Virus record (IMG/VR): IMGVR_UViG_2585427969_000016
Direction: 5' to 3' (one strand)
From: a virus
Taxonomy: Duplodnaviria; Heunggongvirae; Uroviricota; Caudoviricetes
DNA length: 36,412 nt
The position numbers and the translations under genes were made by a program. The notes under the pieces are model-generated. The model worked only from the letters and a program-made list of their open reading frames with translations, was not told where the DNA came from and did no database searches. Below, one piece after another: positions 28,093-36,412 of the stretch. Position 1 is the stretch's first letter, and each line of letters starts with the position of its first letter.

Positions 28093-28175
28093 TCCACTGA
28101 CCAGCCAGGTCAAATAGCGTCTCATGCACTGCCCAACAGAAAATAGTTGCACCCATTAACCACGGAGTTAAACGG

Positions 28176-29366
28176 ATGAGTGACTATCATCACGGCGTGC
28201 AGGTGCTGGAGATTAACGACGGCACCCGCGTCATTTCCACCGTATCCACGGCCATTGTCGGCATGGTCTGCACGGCCAGCGATGCGGATGCGGAAACCTT
28301 CCCCCTCAATAAACCTGTGCTGATTACCAATGTGCAGAGCGCAATTGCAAAGGCCGGTAAAAAAGGCACGCTGGCAGCGTCGTTACAGGCCATCGCTGAC
28401 CAGTCAAAACCGGTCACCGTTGTTGTGCGCGTGGAAGACGGCACCGGCGACGACGAAGAAACGAAACTCGCGCAGACCGTTTCCAATATCATCGGCACCA
28501 CCGACGAAAACGGTCAGTACACCGGACTGAAAGCCCTGCTGGCGGCGGAGTCGGTAACCGGTGTTAAACCGCGTATTCTCGGCGTGCCGGGACTGGATAC
28601 CAAAGAGGTGGCTGTTGCACTGGCATCAGTCTGTCAGAAGCTGCGCGCTTTCGGGTATATCAGCGCATGGGGCTGTAAAACCATTTCCGAGGTGAAAGCC
28701 TGCCGCCAGAATTTCAGCCAGCGTGAGCTGATGGTCATCTGGCCGGATTTCCTCGCATGGGATACGGTCACCAGTACCACCGCCACCGCGTATGCCACCG
28801 CCCGTGCACTGGGGCTGCGTGCCAAAATCGACCAGGAGCAGGGCTGGCATAAAACGCTGTCCAATGTCGGGGTGAACGGTGTTACCGGCATCAGCGCCTC
28901 TGTATTCTGGGATTTGCAGGAGTCCGGCACCGATGCTGACCTGCTTAATGAGTCAGGCGTCACTACGCTGATTCGCCGCGACGGTTTCCGCTTCTGGGGT
29001 AACCGTACCTGCTCTGATGACCCGCTGTTCCTCTTTGAAAACTACACCCGCACCGCGCAGGTGCTGGCCGACACGATGGCTGAGGCGCACATGTGGGCGG
29101 TGGACAAGCCCATCACCGCAACGCTGATTCGCGACATCGTTGACGGCATCAATGCCAAATTCCGTGAGCTGAAAACAAACGGCTATATCGTGGATGCGAC
29201 CTGCTGGTTCAGCGAAGAATCCAACGATGCGGAAACCCTCAAGGCCGGAAAACTGTATATCGACTACGACTATACCCCGGTGCCTCCTCTCGAAAACCTG
29301 ACCCTGCGCCAGCGTATTACCGATAAATACCTGGCAAATCTGGTCACCTCGGTTAACAGCAATTAA
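28176..29366 (+). CDS. FI: Tail sheath protein FI (396 aa)
   Basis: Synteny and length. Confidence 0.93.
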   Translation: MSDYHHGVQVLEINDGTRVISTVSTAIVGMVCTASDADAETFPLNKPVLITNVQSAIAKAGKKGTLAASLQAIADQSKPVTVVVRVEDGTGDDEETKLAQTVSNIIGTTDENGQYTGLKALLAAESVTGVKPRILGVPGLDTKEVAVALASVCQKLRAFGYISAWGCKTISEVKACRQNFSQRELMVIWPDFLAWDTVTSTTATAYATARALGLRAKIDQEQGWHKTLSNVGVNGVTGISASVFWDLQESGTDADLLNESGVTTLIRRDGFRFWGNRTCSDDPLFLFENYTRTAQVLADTMAEAHMWAVDKPITATLIRDIVDGINAKFRELKTNGYIVDATCWFSEESNDAETLKAGKLYIDYDYTPVPPLENLTLRQRITDKYLANLVTSVNSN

Positions 29367-29378
29367 GGAGCCTGACCG

Positions 29379-29897
29379 ATGGCAATGCCGCGCAAACTCA
29401 AGTTAATGAACGTCTTTCTGAACGGCTACAGCTATCAGGGCGTTGCAAAGTCCGTCACGCTGCCAAAACTGACCCGTAAGCTCGAAAACTATCGCGGTGC
29501 GGGGATGAACGGCAGCGCACCGGTAGACCTCGGCCTTGATGACGATGCGCTGTCAATGGAGTGGTCGCTCGGGGGCTTCCCGGATTCGGTTATCTGGGAG
29601 CTTTACGCCGCAACCGGTGTGGATGCCGTGCCGATTCGTTTTGCAGGCTCTTACCAGCGCGACGATACCGGCGAAACGGTGGCCGTCGAAGTGGTCATGC
29701 GTGGACGTCAGAAAGAAATCGACACCGGCGAGGGTAAACAGGGAGAAGACACCGAGTCGAAAATCTCCGTGGTCTGCACCTATTTCCGGCTGACGATGGA
29801 CGGCAAGGAGCTGGTCGAAATCGACACCATCAACATGATTGAGAAGGTGAACGGCGTCGACCGGCTGGAGCAACACCGCCGAAATATCGGCCTGTGA
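29379..29897 (+). CDS. FII: Tail tube protein FII (172 aa)
   Basis: Synteny and length. Confidence 0.93.
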   Translation: MAMPRKLKLMNVFLNGYSYQGVAKSVTLPKLTRKLENYRGAGMNGSAPVDLGLDDDALSMEWSLGGFPDSVIWELYAATGVDAVPIRFAGSYQRDDTGETVAVEVVMRGRQKEIDTGEGKQGEDTESKISVVCTYFRLTMDGKELVEIDTINMIEKVNGVDRLEQHRRNIGL

Positions 29898-29953
29898 TTT
29901 TCATCCGGTCAGCCTGGCTGACCGGTTAACCCCGATTCAGAAGTGAGAAAACC

Positions 29954-30229
29954 ATGAACAAAGAAAATGTGATTACCCTGGACAATCCGGTCAAGCGTGG
30001 TGAGCAGGTTATCGAACAGGTCACGCTGATGAAACCTAATGCCGGGACGCTGCGCGGTGTCAGTCTGGCTGCGGTCGCGAACTCCGAAGTCGATGCACTG
30101 ATTAAGGTGCTGCCGCGCATGACGGCACCGATGCTGACCGAGCAGGAAGTCGCCGCGCTGGAACTGCCTGACCTTGTGGCGCTGGCCGGTAAGGTGGTCG
30201 GTTTTTTGTCGCCGAACTCGGTACAGTAA
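29954..30229 (+). CDS. E: Tail assembly chaperone E (91 aa)
   Basis: Synteny; ends just after a T6G slippery run. Confidence 0.88.
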   Translation: MNKENVITLDNPVKRGEQVIEQVTLMKPNAGTLRGVSLAAVANSEVDALIKVLPRMTAPMLTEQEVAALELPDLVALAGKVVGFLSPNSVQ

Positions 30230-30381
30230 CGTTCCCGAAAAATCTCTCGGTCGATGACCTGATGGCGGATGTGGCAGTGATATTTCACTGGCCGCCATCA
30301 GAACTGTATCCCATGAGCCTGACCGAACTCATCACATGGCGCGAAAAGGCGCTCCGGCGAAGCGGAAACACGAATGAGTAA
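29954..30381 (+). CDS. E+E' extended chaperone made by programmed -1 frameshift at GGTTTTTTG (30201..30209); the -1 frame stays open to a TAA at 30379..30381, overlapping the T start
   Basis: Slippery heptamer read from sequence; -1 frame open for 58 codons; conserved arrangement in P2 (E/E') and lambda (G/GT). Confidence 0.7.
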
Positions 30382-32821
30382 CAATGTAAAATTACAGGTA
30401 TTGCTCAGGGCTGTTGACCAGGCATCCCGCCCGTTTAAATCCATCCGCACAGCGAGTAAGTCGCTGTCGGGGGATATCCGGGAAACACAAAAATCACTGC
30501 GCGAGCTGAACGGTCACGCATCCCGTATTGAGGGATTTCGCAAGACCAGCGCACAGCTTGCCGTGACTGGTCATGCACTTGAAAAGGCACGGCAGGAAGC
30601 CGAAGCCCTTGCCACACAGTTTAAAAACACTGAACGTCCGACCCGTGCTCAGGCGAAAGTGCTGGAATCCGCAAAGCGTGCGGCGGAGGACTTACAGGCG
30701 AAATATAACCGCCTGACAGATTCCATTAAACGCCAGCAGCGGGAACTGGCCGCTGTGGGAATTAATACCCGCAATCTTGCACATGATGAGCAGGGACTGA
30801 AAAACCGTATCAGTGAAACCACCGCACAGCTTAACCGTCAGCGTGATGCGCTGGCGCGTGTCAGTGCGCAACAGGCAAAACTTAACGCAGTCAAACAGCG
30901 TTATCAGGCCGGAAAGGAACTGGCCGGAAATATGGCCTCAGTGGGCGCTGCCGGTGTGGGGATTGCGGCGGCGGGAACGATGGCCGGTGTTAAGCTGCTG
31001 ATGCCAGGTTATGAGTTTGCGCAGAAAAACTCAGAATTGCAGGCCGTGCTCGGTGTGGCAAAAGACTCCGCCGAAATGGCTGCACTACGCAAGCAGGCGC
31101 GCCAGCTCGGCGACAACACCGCCGCTTCGGCGGATGATGCTGCCGGTGCACAGATTATTATCGCGAAAGCCGGTGGGGATGTTGATGCCATTCAGGCGGC
31201 AACGCCGGTCACGCTGAATATGGCGCTGGCGAACCGTCGCACGATGGAAGAAAACGCCGCCCTGCTGATGGGGATGAAATCCGCCTTTCAGCTTTCAAAC
31301 GATAAGGTCGCTCATATCGGGGATGTTCTCTCCATGACGATGAACAAAACCGCCGCCGATTTTGACGGCATGAGCGATGCGCTGACCTATGCCGCACCTG
31401 TGGCAAAAAATGCCGGTGTCAGCATTGAAGAAACCGCCGCAATGGTCGGGGCACTGCATGATGCAAAAATTACCGGTTCAATGGCGGGGACGGGAAGCCG
31501 TGCCGTGTTAAGCCGCCTGCAGGCACCGACGGGAAAAGCATGGGATGCACTCAAAGAGCTTGGCGTGAAAACCTCAGACAGTAAAGGGAATACCCGACCA
31601 GTATTTACCATTCTGAAAGAAATGCAGGCCAGTTTTGAGAAAAACCGGCTCGGTACTGCCCAGCAGGCTGAATACATGAAAACCATTTTCGGGGAGGAGG
31701 CCAGCTCAGCCGCCGCCGTGCTGATGGCTGCCGCCTCAACCGGAAAGCTGGACAAACTGACCGCTGCGTTTAAAGCCTCAGACGGGAAGACCGCCGAGCT
31801 GGTAAATATCATGCAGGACAACCTAGGCGGTGACTTTAAAGAGTTTCAGTCCGCTTATGAGGCGGTGGGGACTGACCTGTTTGACCAGCAGGAAGGCGCG
31901 CTGCGTAAGCTCACACAGACGGCCACAAAGTATGTGTTAAAACTCGACGGCTGGATCCAGAAAAACAAATCACTGGCGTCAACCATCGGCCTCATTGTCG
32001 GTGGCGCACTGGCGCTGACTGGCGTCATCGGTGCCATTGGCCTCGTAGCCTGGCCGGTTATCACCGGCATCAATGCCATTATCGCGGCAGCAGGCGCAAT
32101 GGGGGCAATCTTCACGACGATTGGCAGTGCTGTTATGACGGCCATCGGGGCAATTAGCTGGCCGGTTGTGGCTGTGGTGGCCGCCATTGTCGCCGGGGCG
32201 TTGCTTATTCGTAAATACTGGGAGCCTGTCAGCGCATTCTTTGGCGGTGTGGTGGAAGGGCTGAAAGCGGCATTTGCGCCGGTGGGGGAACTGTTCACGC
32301 CACTTAAGCCGGTGTTTGACTGGCTGGGCGAAAAGTTACAGGCCGCGTGGCAGTGGTTTAAAAACCTGATTGCCCCGGTCAAAGCCACCCAGGACACCCT
32401 GAACCGTTGCCGTGATACTGGCGTCATGTTCGGGCAGGCACTGGCTGACGCGCTGATGCTGCCGCTTAATGCGTTCAACAAACTGCGCAGCGGTATTGAC
32501 TGGGTACTGGAAAAACTCGGCGTCATCAACAAAGAGTCTGACGCACTTGACCAGACTGCCGCCAGAACTCATGCCGCCACGTATGGCACCGGTGGTTATA
32601 TTCCGGCGACCAGCTCTTATGCAGGCTATCAGGCTTATCAGCCGGTCACGGCACCGGCTGGCCGCTCTTATGTGGACCAGAGTAAAAACGAATATCACAT
32701 CAGCCTGACGGGTGGTACTGCGCCGGGGACACAGCTTGACCGCCAGTTACAGGATGCGCTCGAAAAATACGAGCGGGATAAACGTGCGCGCGCCCGTGCC
32801 AGCATGATGCATGACGGTTAA
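30374..32821 (+). CDS. T: Tail tape measure protein T (815 aa)
   Basis: Length, helical/Ala-rich composition, synteny. Confidence 0.93.
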   Translation: MSNNVKLQVLLRAVDQASRPFKSIRTASKSLSGDIRETQKSLRELNGHASRIEGFRKTSAQLAVTGHALEKARQEAEALATQFKNTERPTRAQAKVLESAKRAAEDLQAKYNRLTDSIKRQQRELAAVGINTRNLAHDEQGLKNRISETTAQLNRQRDALARVSAQQAKLNAVKQRYQAGKELAGNMASVGAAGVGIAAAGTMAGVKLLMPGYEFAQKNSELQAVLGVAKDSAEMAALRKQARQLGDNTAASADDAAGAQIIIAKAGGDVDAIQAATPVTLNMALANRRTMEENAALLMGMKSAFQLSNDKVAHIGDVLSMTMNKTAADFDGMSDALTYAAPVAKNAGVSIEETAAMVGALHDAKITGSMAGTGSRAVLSRLQAPTGKAWDALKELGVKTSDSKGNTRPVFTILKEMQASFEKNRLGTAQQAEYMKTIFGEEASSAAAVLMAAASTGKLDKLTAAFKASDGKTAELVNIMQDNLGGDFKEFQSAYEAVGTDLFDQQEGALRKLTQTATKYVLKLDGWIQKNKSLASTIGLIVGGALALTGVIGAIGLVAWPVITGINAIIAAAGAMGAIFTTIGSAVMTAIGAISWPVVAVVAAIVAGALLIRKYWEPVSAFFGGVVEGLKAAFAPVGELFTPLKPVFDWLGEKLQAAWQWFKNLIAPVKATQDTLNRCRDTGVMFGQALADALMLPLNAFNKLRSGIDWVLEKLGVINKESDALDQTAARTHAATYGTGGYIPATSSYAGYQAYQPVTAPAGRSYVDQSKNEYHISLTGGTAPGTQLDRQLQDALEKYERDKRARARASMMHDG

Positions 32822-32835
32822 GGAGGTGACGAAAA

Positions 32836-33315
32836 ATGATGCTCTCGTTAGGTATGTTTGTTTTTATGCGCCAGACGCTGCCACACCAGACCATGCAGCG
32901 TGAATCAGATTATCGCTGGCCGTCAAATTCCCGTATCGGCAAACGGGATGCCTTTCAGTTTCTCGGTGTGGGTGAGGAAAACATTACGCTTGCAGGCGTG
33001 CTTTATCCCGAACTGACCGGCGGGAAGCTGACGATGACCACGCTCAGGCTGATGGCAGAGGAAGGCCGGGCGTGGCCGTTGCTGGATGGCACCGGCATGA
33101 TTTACGGCATGTATGTCATCAGCAGGGTGAGTGAAACAGGGAGTATTTTCTTTGCAGACGGCACACCCAGAAAAATTGATTTTACGCTGTCGCTCACCCG
33201 CGTTGATGAATCACTGGCCGCGCTTTATGGCGATATCGGTAAACAGGCGGAATCGCTCATCGGTAAGGCTGGCAGTATGGCGACCAGATTCACGGGTATG
33301 ACGGGGGCGGGATAA
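32836..33315 (+). CDS. U: Tail protein U (159 aa)
   Basis: Synteny and length. Confidence 0.9.
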   Translation: MMLSLGMFVFMRQTLPHQTMQRESDYRWPSNSRIGKRDAFQFLGVGEENITLAGVLYPELTGGKLTMTTLRLMAEEGRAWPLLDGTGMIYGMYVISRVSETGSIFFADGTPRKIDFTLSLTRVDESLAALYGDIGKQAESLIGKAGSMATRFTGMTGAG

Positions 33316-34478
33316 TGCTGGATGCGCTGACATTTGATGCAGGCAGTACGCTGACGCCGGATTACATGCTGATGCTCGACAGCAGGGATATTACCGGCAA
33401 TATCAGCGACCGTCTGATGAGCATGACCCTGACGGATAACCGGGGCTTTGAGGCTGACCAGCTTGATATTGAACTGAACGACGCCGACGGGCAGGTAGGG
33501 CTACCGGTTCGTGGCGCTGTCCTGACGGTGTATATCGGCTGGAAAGGTTTTGCCCTGGTATGCAAAGGGAAATTTACCGTTGATGAGGTTGAACACCGGG
33601 GCGCACCGGATGTGGTCACCATCCGCGCCCGGAGTGCAGATTTTCGCGGGACGCTCAATTCCCGCCGGGAAGGCTCCTGGCATGACACCACGCTCGGTGC
33701 GATTGTTGAGGCGATAGCCACCCGTAACAGGCTGGAATCCAGTGTCGCTCCGTCACTGGCCGGAATAAAAATTTCACACATCGACCAGTCGCAGGAGTCT
33801 GATGCGAAATTCCTGACCCGTCTTGCAGAACGCAACGGCGGTGAGGTGTCGGTAAAAATGGGAAAACTGTTGTTTCTCAAAGCGGGGCAGGGAGTGACGG
33901 CCAGCGGTAAAAAAATCCCGCAGGTCACCATAACCCGCAGCGACGGCGACCGCCATCATTTTGCGATTGCTGACCGTGGAGCCTACACCGGTGTAACGGC
34001 AAAATGGCTACACACTAAAGACCCGAAGCCGCAAAAGCAGAAGGTAAAACTGAAACGCAAAAAGAAAGAGAAACACCTGCGCGCACTGGAGCACCCGAAA
34101 GCGAAACCGGTCAGGCAGAAGAAAGCGCCTAAAGTACCGGAAGCGCGTGAAGGTGAATACATGGCCGGTGAGGCTGACAACGTTTTTGCACTGACCACGG
34201 TATATGCCACGAAAGCGCAGGCCATGCGCGCCGCTCAGGCGAAGTGGGACAAACTGCAACGGGGCGTCGCGGAGTTTTCCATCAGCCTGGCTACCGGTCG
34301 GGCTGATATTTACACGGAAACACCGGTTAAAGTGTCAGGCTTTAAGCGCGTCATAGACGAGCAGGACTGGACAATCACTAAGGTGACACATTTTCTGAAT
34401 AATAGCGGCTTCACGACGTCCTTAGAGCTTGAGGTCAGGCTTTCTGATGTGGAGTACGAAACAGAAGATGATGAGTGA
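33315..34478 (+). CDS. D: Tail protein D (387 aa)
   Basis: Synteny and length. Confidence 0.92.
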   Translation: MLDALTFDAGSTLTPDYMLMLDSRDITGNISDRLMSMTLTDNRGFEADQLDIELNDADGQVGLPVRGAVLTVYIGWKGFALVCKGKFTVDEVEHRGAPDVVTIRARSADFRGTLNSRREGSWHDTTLGAIVEAIATRNRLESSVAPSLAGIKISHIDQSQESDAKFLTRLAERNGGEVSVKMGKLLFLKAGQGVTASGKKIPQVTITRSDGDRHHFAIADRGAYTGVTAKWLHTKDPKPQKQKVKLKRKKKEKHLRALEHPKAKPVRQKKAPKVPEAREGEYMAGEADNVFALTTVYATKAQAMRAAQAKWDKLQRGVAEFSISLATGRADIYTETPVKVSGFKRVIDEQDWTITKVTHFLNNSGFTTSLELEVRLSDVEYETEDDE

Positions 34479-34559
34479 TGTAATTTATTTATCTGTTTGT
34501 TTTGTAAGGATAAATTAACTAAAATGGCACCATCAACAAAACCGGAAGAGGTGCTCGCG

Positions 34560-34778
34560 ATGTTTCATTGTCCTTTATGCCAGCATGCCGCACATGCGCG
34601 TACAAGTCGCTATATCACTGACACGACAAAAGAGCGTTATCACCAGTGTCAGAACGTGAATTGCAGCGCCACGTTCATCACCTATGAGTCGGTACAGCGA
34701 TACATCGTGAAGCCGGGAGAAGTCCACGCCGTAAGGCCACACCCGTTGCCGTCAGGGCAGCAAATTATGTGGATGTAA
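34560..34778 (+). CDS. ogr: Ogr late-gene transcription activator (72 aa C4 zinc finger); the listed ORF starts earlier at 34497
   Basis: MFHCPLCQHAAHARTSRYITDTTKERYHQCQNVNCSATF.. matches recalled P2 Ogr; GGAAGAGG Shine-Dalgarno before the internal ATG. Confidence 0.9.
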   Translation: MFHCPLCQHAAHARTSRYITDTTKERYHQCQNVNCSATFITYESVQRYIVKPGEVHAVRPHPLPSGQQIMWM

Positions 34779-34790
34779 TTACAAACAGAA

Positions 34791-34816
34791 AGCCCCTCAG
34801 TCGAGGGGCTTTTTTG
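34791..34816 (+). terminator. Rho-independent terminator after ogr (AGCCCCTC-AGTC-GAGGGGCT followed by TTTTTT)
   Basis: 8-bp GC stem and T6 tail read from sequence. Confidence 0.8.
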
Positions 34817-34879
34817 TCGATGTGGTCAATGTGTGGACGTGACCAGAAATAAATCCTTTTATTTCATTGTATTACGCGT

Positions 34880-34906
34880 AAAAAATAAGCCCGTGTAAGG
34901 GAGATT
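34880..34906. repeat. attR core: 27-bp direct repeat identical to attL; also the 3' terminator hairpin of cyaR
   Basis: Exact identity with 1790..1816. Confidence 0.85.
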
Positions 34907-34966
34907 ACACAGGCTAAGGAGGTGGTTCCTGGTACAGCTAGCATTTTATGGGTTATGTTTTTCAGC
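34880..34966 (-). ncRNA. cyaR: CyaR (RyeE) Hfq-dependent sRNA; its 3' end is the phage attachment core
   Basis: Reverse complement reads GCUGAAAAACAUAACCCAUAAAAUGCUAGCUGUACCAGGAACCACCUCCUUAGCCUGUGUAAUCUCCCUUACACGGGCUUAUUUUUU, matching my recollection of E. coli CyaR, with an intrinsic terminator at the 3' end. Confidence 0.8.
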
Positions 34967-35003
34967 GAAACGGATGATAACCTTAATAAATGCAGCTGTA
35001 TGT

Positions 35004-35025
35004 GATCGGTTTCTAAGAATTTTCC
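35004..35025 (-). promoter_or_regulatory. Candidate CRP site in the cyaR promoter region (one consensus TGTGA half-site)
   Basis: TGTGATCGGTTTCTAA about 40-60 bp upstream of the cyaR 5' end; cyaR is known to be cAMP-CRP activated. Confidence 0.4.
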
Positions 35026-35050
35026 ATCCGGGAAAAATAATCGAAATTAA

Positions 35051-36412
35051 TCACTTACCGTGGGGGTTACGCGTGGTTTCCCCGGAGAAATTACGCATCA
35101 GGAGCGCGTAATTTAGCTCAAGATCCTGCGGGACCGGGAGCCACACAGTATAACCATCGCCTGGTGCGACCGGCATAGCTTCACCTTTGGCGTTTTCCAT
35201 GTGCTCAAGGGTAAAGTTAATGTTGCCTTGCGGCGTCATCAGCTCAAGGCTGTCACCAACGGAGAATTTATTTTTCACCGCTACCGCCGCGAGGTCGCCC
35301 TTGCGCTCACCGGTAAACTCACCAACAAACTGCTGGCGGTCAGAAACTGAATAACCGTATTCGTAGTTCTGATAATCGTCGTGAGTATGACGACGCAGGA
35401 AACCTTCGGTATAGCCACGATGCGCCAGACCTTCCAGAGTTTCCAGCAGGCTGGTATCGAATGGTTTTCCCGCAGCTGCGTCATCGATAGCTTTACGGTA
35501 AACCTGCGCGGTGCGTGCGCAATAGTAGAAAGATTTGGTACGGCCTTCGATTTTCAGCGAATGCACTCCCATTTTGGTCAGGCGTTCTACATGGGCGATG
35601 GCGCGCAGATCTTTCGAGTTCATGATGTAAGTGCCGTGCTCATCTTCAAACGCGGTCATATACTCGCCCGGACGCTGGGCCTCTTCGATCATAAACACTT
35701 TGTCGGTTGGTGCGCCGATACCCAGCGTCGGCTCAACATTTTGCACCGGAATCGGCTCGTACTTGTGTACGATGTTGCCAACGTCATCTTCTTTCCCTTC
35801 CTGGACGTTGTATTCCCAGCGGCAGGCGTTGGTGCAGGTGCCCTGGTTCGGGTCGCGCTTGTTGATATAGCCAGAGAGCAGGCAGCGACCGGAGTAGGCC
35901 ATGCACAGCGCGCCGTGAACGAAGATCTCTACCTCCATATCCGGCACCTGATTGCGGATCTCTTCAATCTCTTCCAGCGACAGCTCGCGAGAGAGGATCA
36001 CGCGGGTCAGGCCCATTTGCTGCCAGAATTTCACCGTCGCCCAGTTCACGGCGTTAGCCTGTACCGAGAGATGGATCGGCATTTCAGGGAAGTGCTCACG
36101 CACCAGCATAATCAGCCCTGGATCGGACATAATCAGCGCATCCGGCCCCATTTCCACCACCGGTTTCAGGTCACGGATAAAGGTTTTCAGCTTGGCGTTG
36201 TGCGGTGCAATGTTGACCACGACATAAAACTTTTTCCCCAGCGCGTGGGCTTCATTGATGCCGAGCTGGAGATTTTCGTGGTTAAATTCGTTGTTGCGCA
36301 CACGCAGGGAGTAACGCGGCTGGCCCGCATAAACAGCATCTGCGCCATAAGCGAAAGCGTAACGCATATTTTTCAGCGTTCCCGCCGGGGAAAGGAGTTC
36401 CGGTTTAAACAT
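35051..36412 (-). CDS. yegQ: U32-family peptidase-like protein YegQ (TrhP, tRNA hydroxylation), complete; start codon at the window edge
   Basis: 453-aa ORF; length and sequence match my recollection of E. coli YegQ. Confidence 0.88.
   Translation of the reverse strand: MFKPELLSPAGTLKNMRYAFAYGADAVYAGQPRYSLRVRNNEFNHENLQLGINEAHALGKKFYVVVNIAPHNAKLKTFIRDLKPVVEMGPDALIMSDPGLIMLVREHFPEMPIHLSVQANAVNWATVKFWQQMGLTRVILSRELSLEEIEEIRNQVPDMEVEIFVHGALCMAYSGRCLLSGYINKRDPNQGTCTNACRWEYNVQEGKEDDVGNIVHKYEPIPVQNVEPTLGIGAPTDKVFMIEEAQRPGEYMTAFEDEHGTYIMNSKDLRAIAHVERLTKMGVHSLKIEGRTKSFYYCARTAQVYRKAIDDAAAGKPFDTSLLETLEGLAHRGYTEGFLRRHTHDDYQNYEYGYSVSDRQQFVGEFTGERKGDLAAVAVKNKFSVGDSLELMTPQGNINFTLEHMENAKGEAMPVAPGDGYTVWLPVPQDLELNYALLMRNFSGETTRNPHGK

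Larger units (their letters stand above)
1790..34906. mobile_element. P2-like prophage, apparently complete (about 33.1 kb) with attL/attR, integrase, immunity region, replication genes, cos, head, lysis, tail and ogr
   Basis: Full P2 gene order and sizes between the two 27-bp direct repeats; cos sequence present; host genes on both sides. Confidence 0.92.

Noticed and set aside
27876-28117. Two mutually overlapping ORFs of about 70 aa on opposite strands between the Z/fun-site gene and FI
   Set aside because: They cannot both be real, neither has a convincing ribosome binding site, and the region is dominated by palindromes and a terminator; treated as non-coding.
14553-28176. Strict TGT-N12-ACA dyads upstream of late operons
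   Set aside because: I could not find an exact TGT-N12-ACA at the expected positions by eye; only the related TGTTGT(G/T)TCA motif and shorter TGTCA/TGACA dyads are present, so I report those at low confidence rather than claim canonical Ogr sites.
1-36412. CRISPR arrays, tRNA or rRNA genes, insertion sequences
   Set aside because: No regularly spaced short repeats with unique spacers, no tRNA-like cloverleaf next to the att site, and no transposase-like ORF with terminal inverted repeats were seen; the integration target is an sRNA gene, not a tRNA.

Overview
This window is a complete P2-like (Peduovirus-type) temperate prophage of about 33.1 kb (1790..34906) inserted between the host genes yegS/yegR on the left and cyaR/yegQ on the right. 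It is bounded by a perfect 27-bp direct repeat (attL/attR) that is the 3' terminator end of the sRNA gene cyaR. The backbone is syntenic with P2 (int, C, cox, B, A, cos, Q, P, O, N, M, L, X, Y, K, lysA/B/C, R, S, V, W, J, I, H, G, FI, FII, E/E', T, U, D, ogr); gene assignments rest on ORF length, order and my recollection of P2 protein sequences, with no database search run. Three AT-rich cargo islands interrupt the GC-rich backbone at the P2 variable positions: (1) after gene A, a four-gene overlapping operon (8241..11425) ending in a 645-aa SMC/Rad50-like ABC ATPase with a mid-protein CxxC..CxxC hook, preceded by a small membrane protein and two helical proteins, which I propose is an undescribed anti-phage system of the ABC-three-component / Lamassu-like kind; (2) between S and V, an HNH-nuclease gene apparently split by a frameshift at a G6 run; (3) between G and FI, a single membrane-anchored 197-aa protein followed by about 330 bp of palindrome-rich non-coding DNA.
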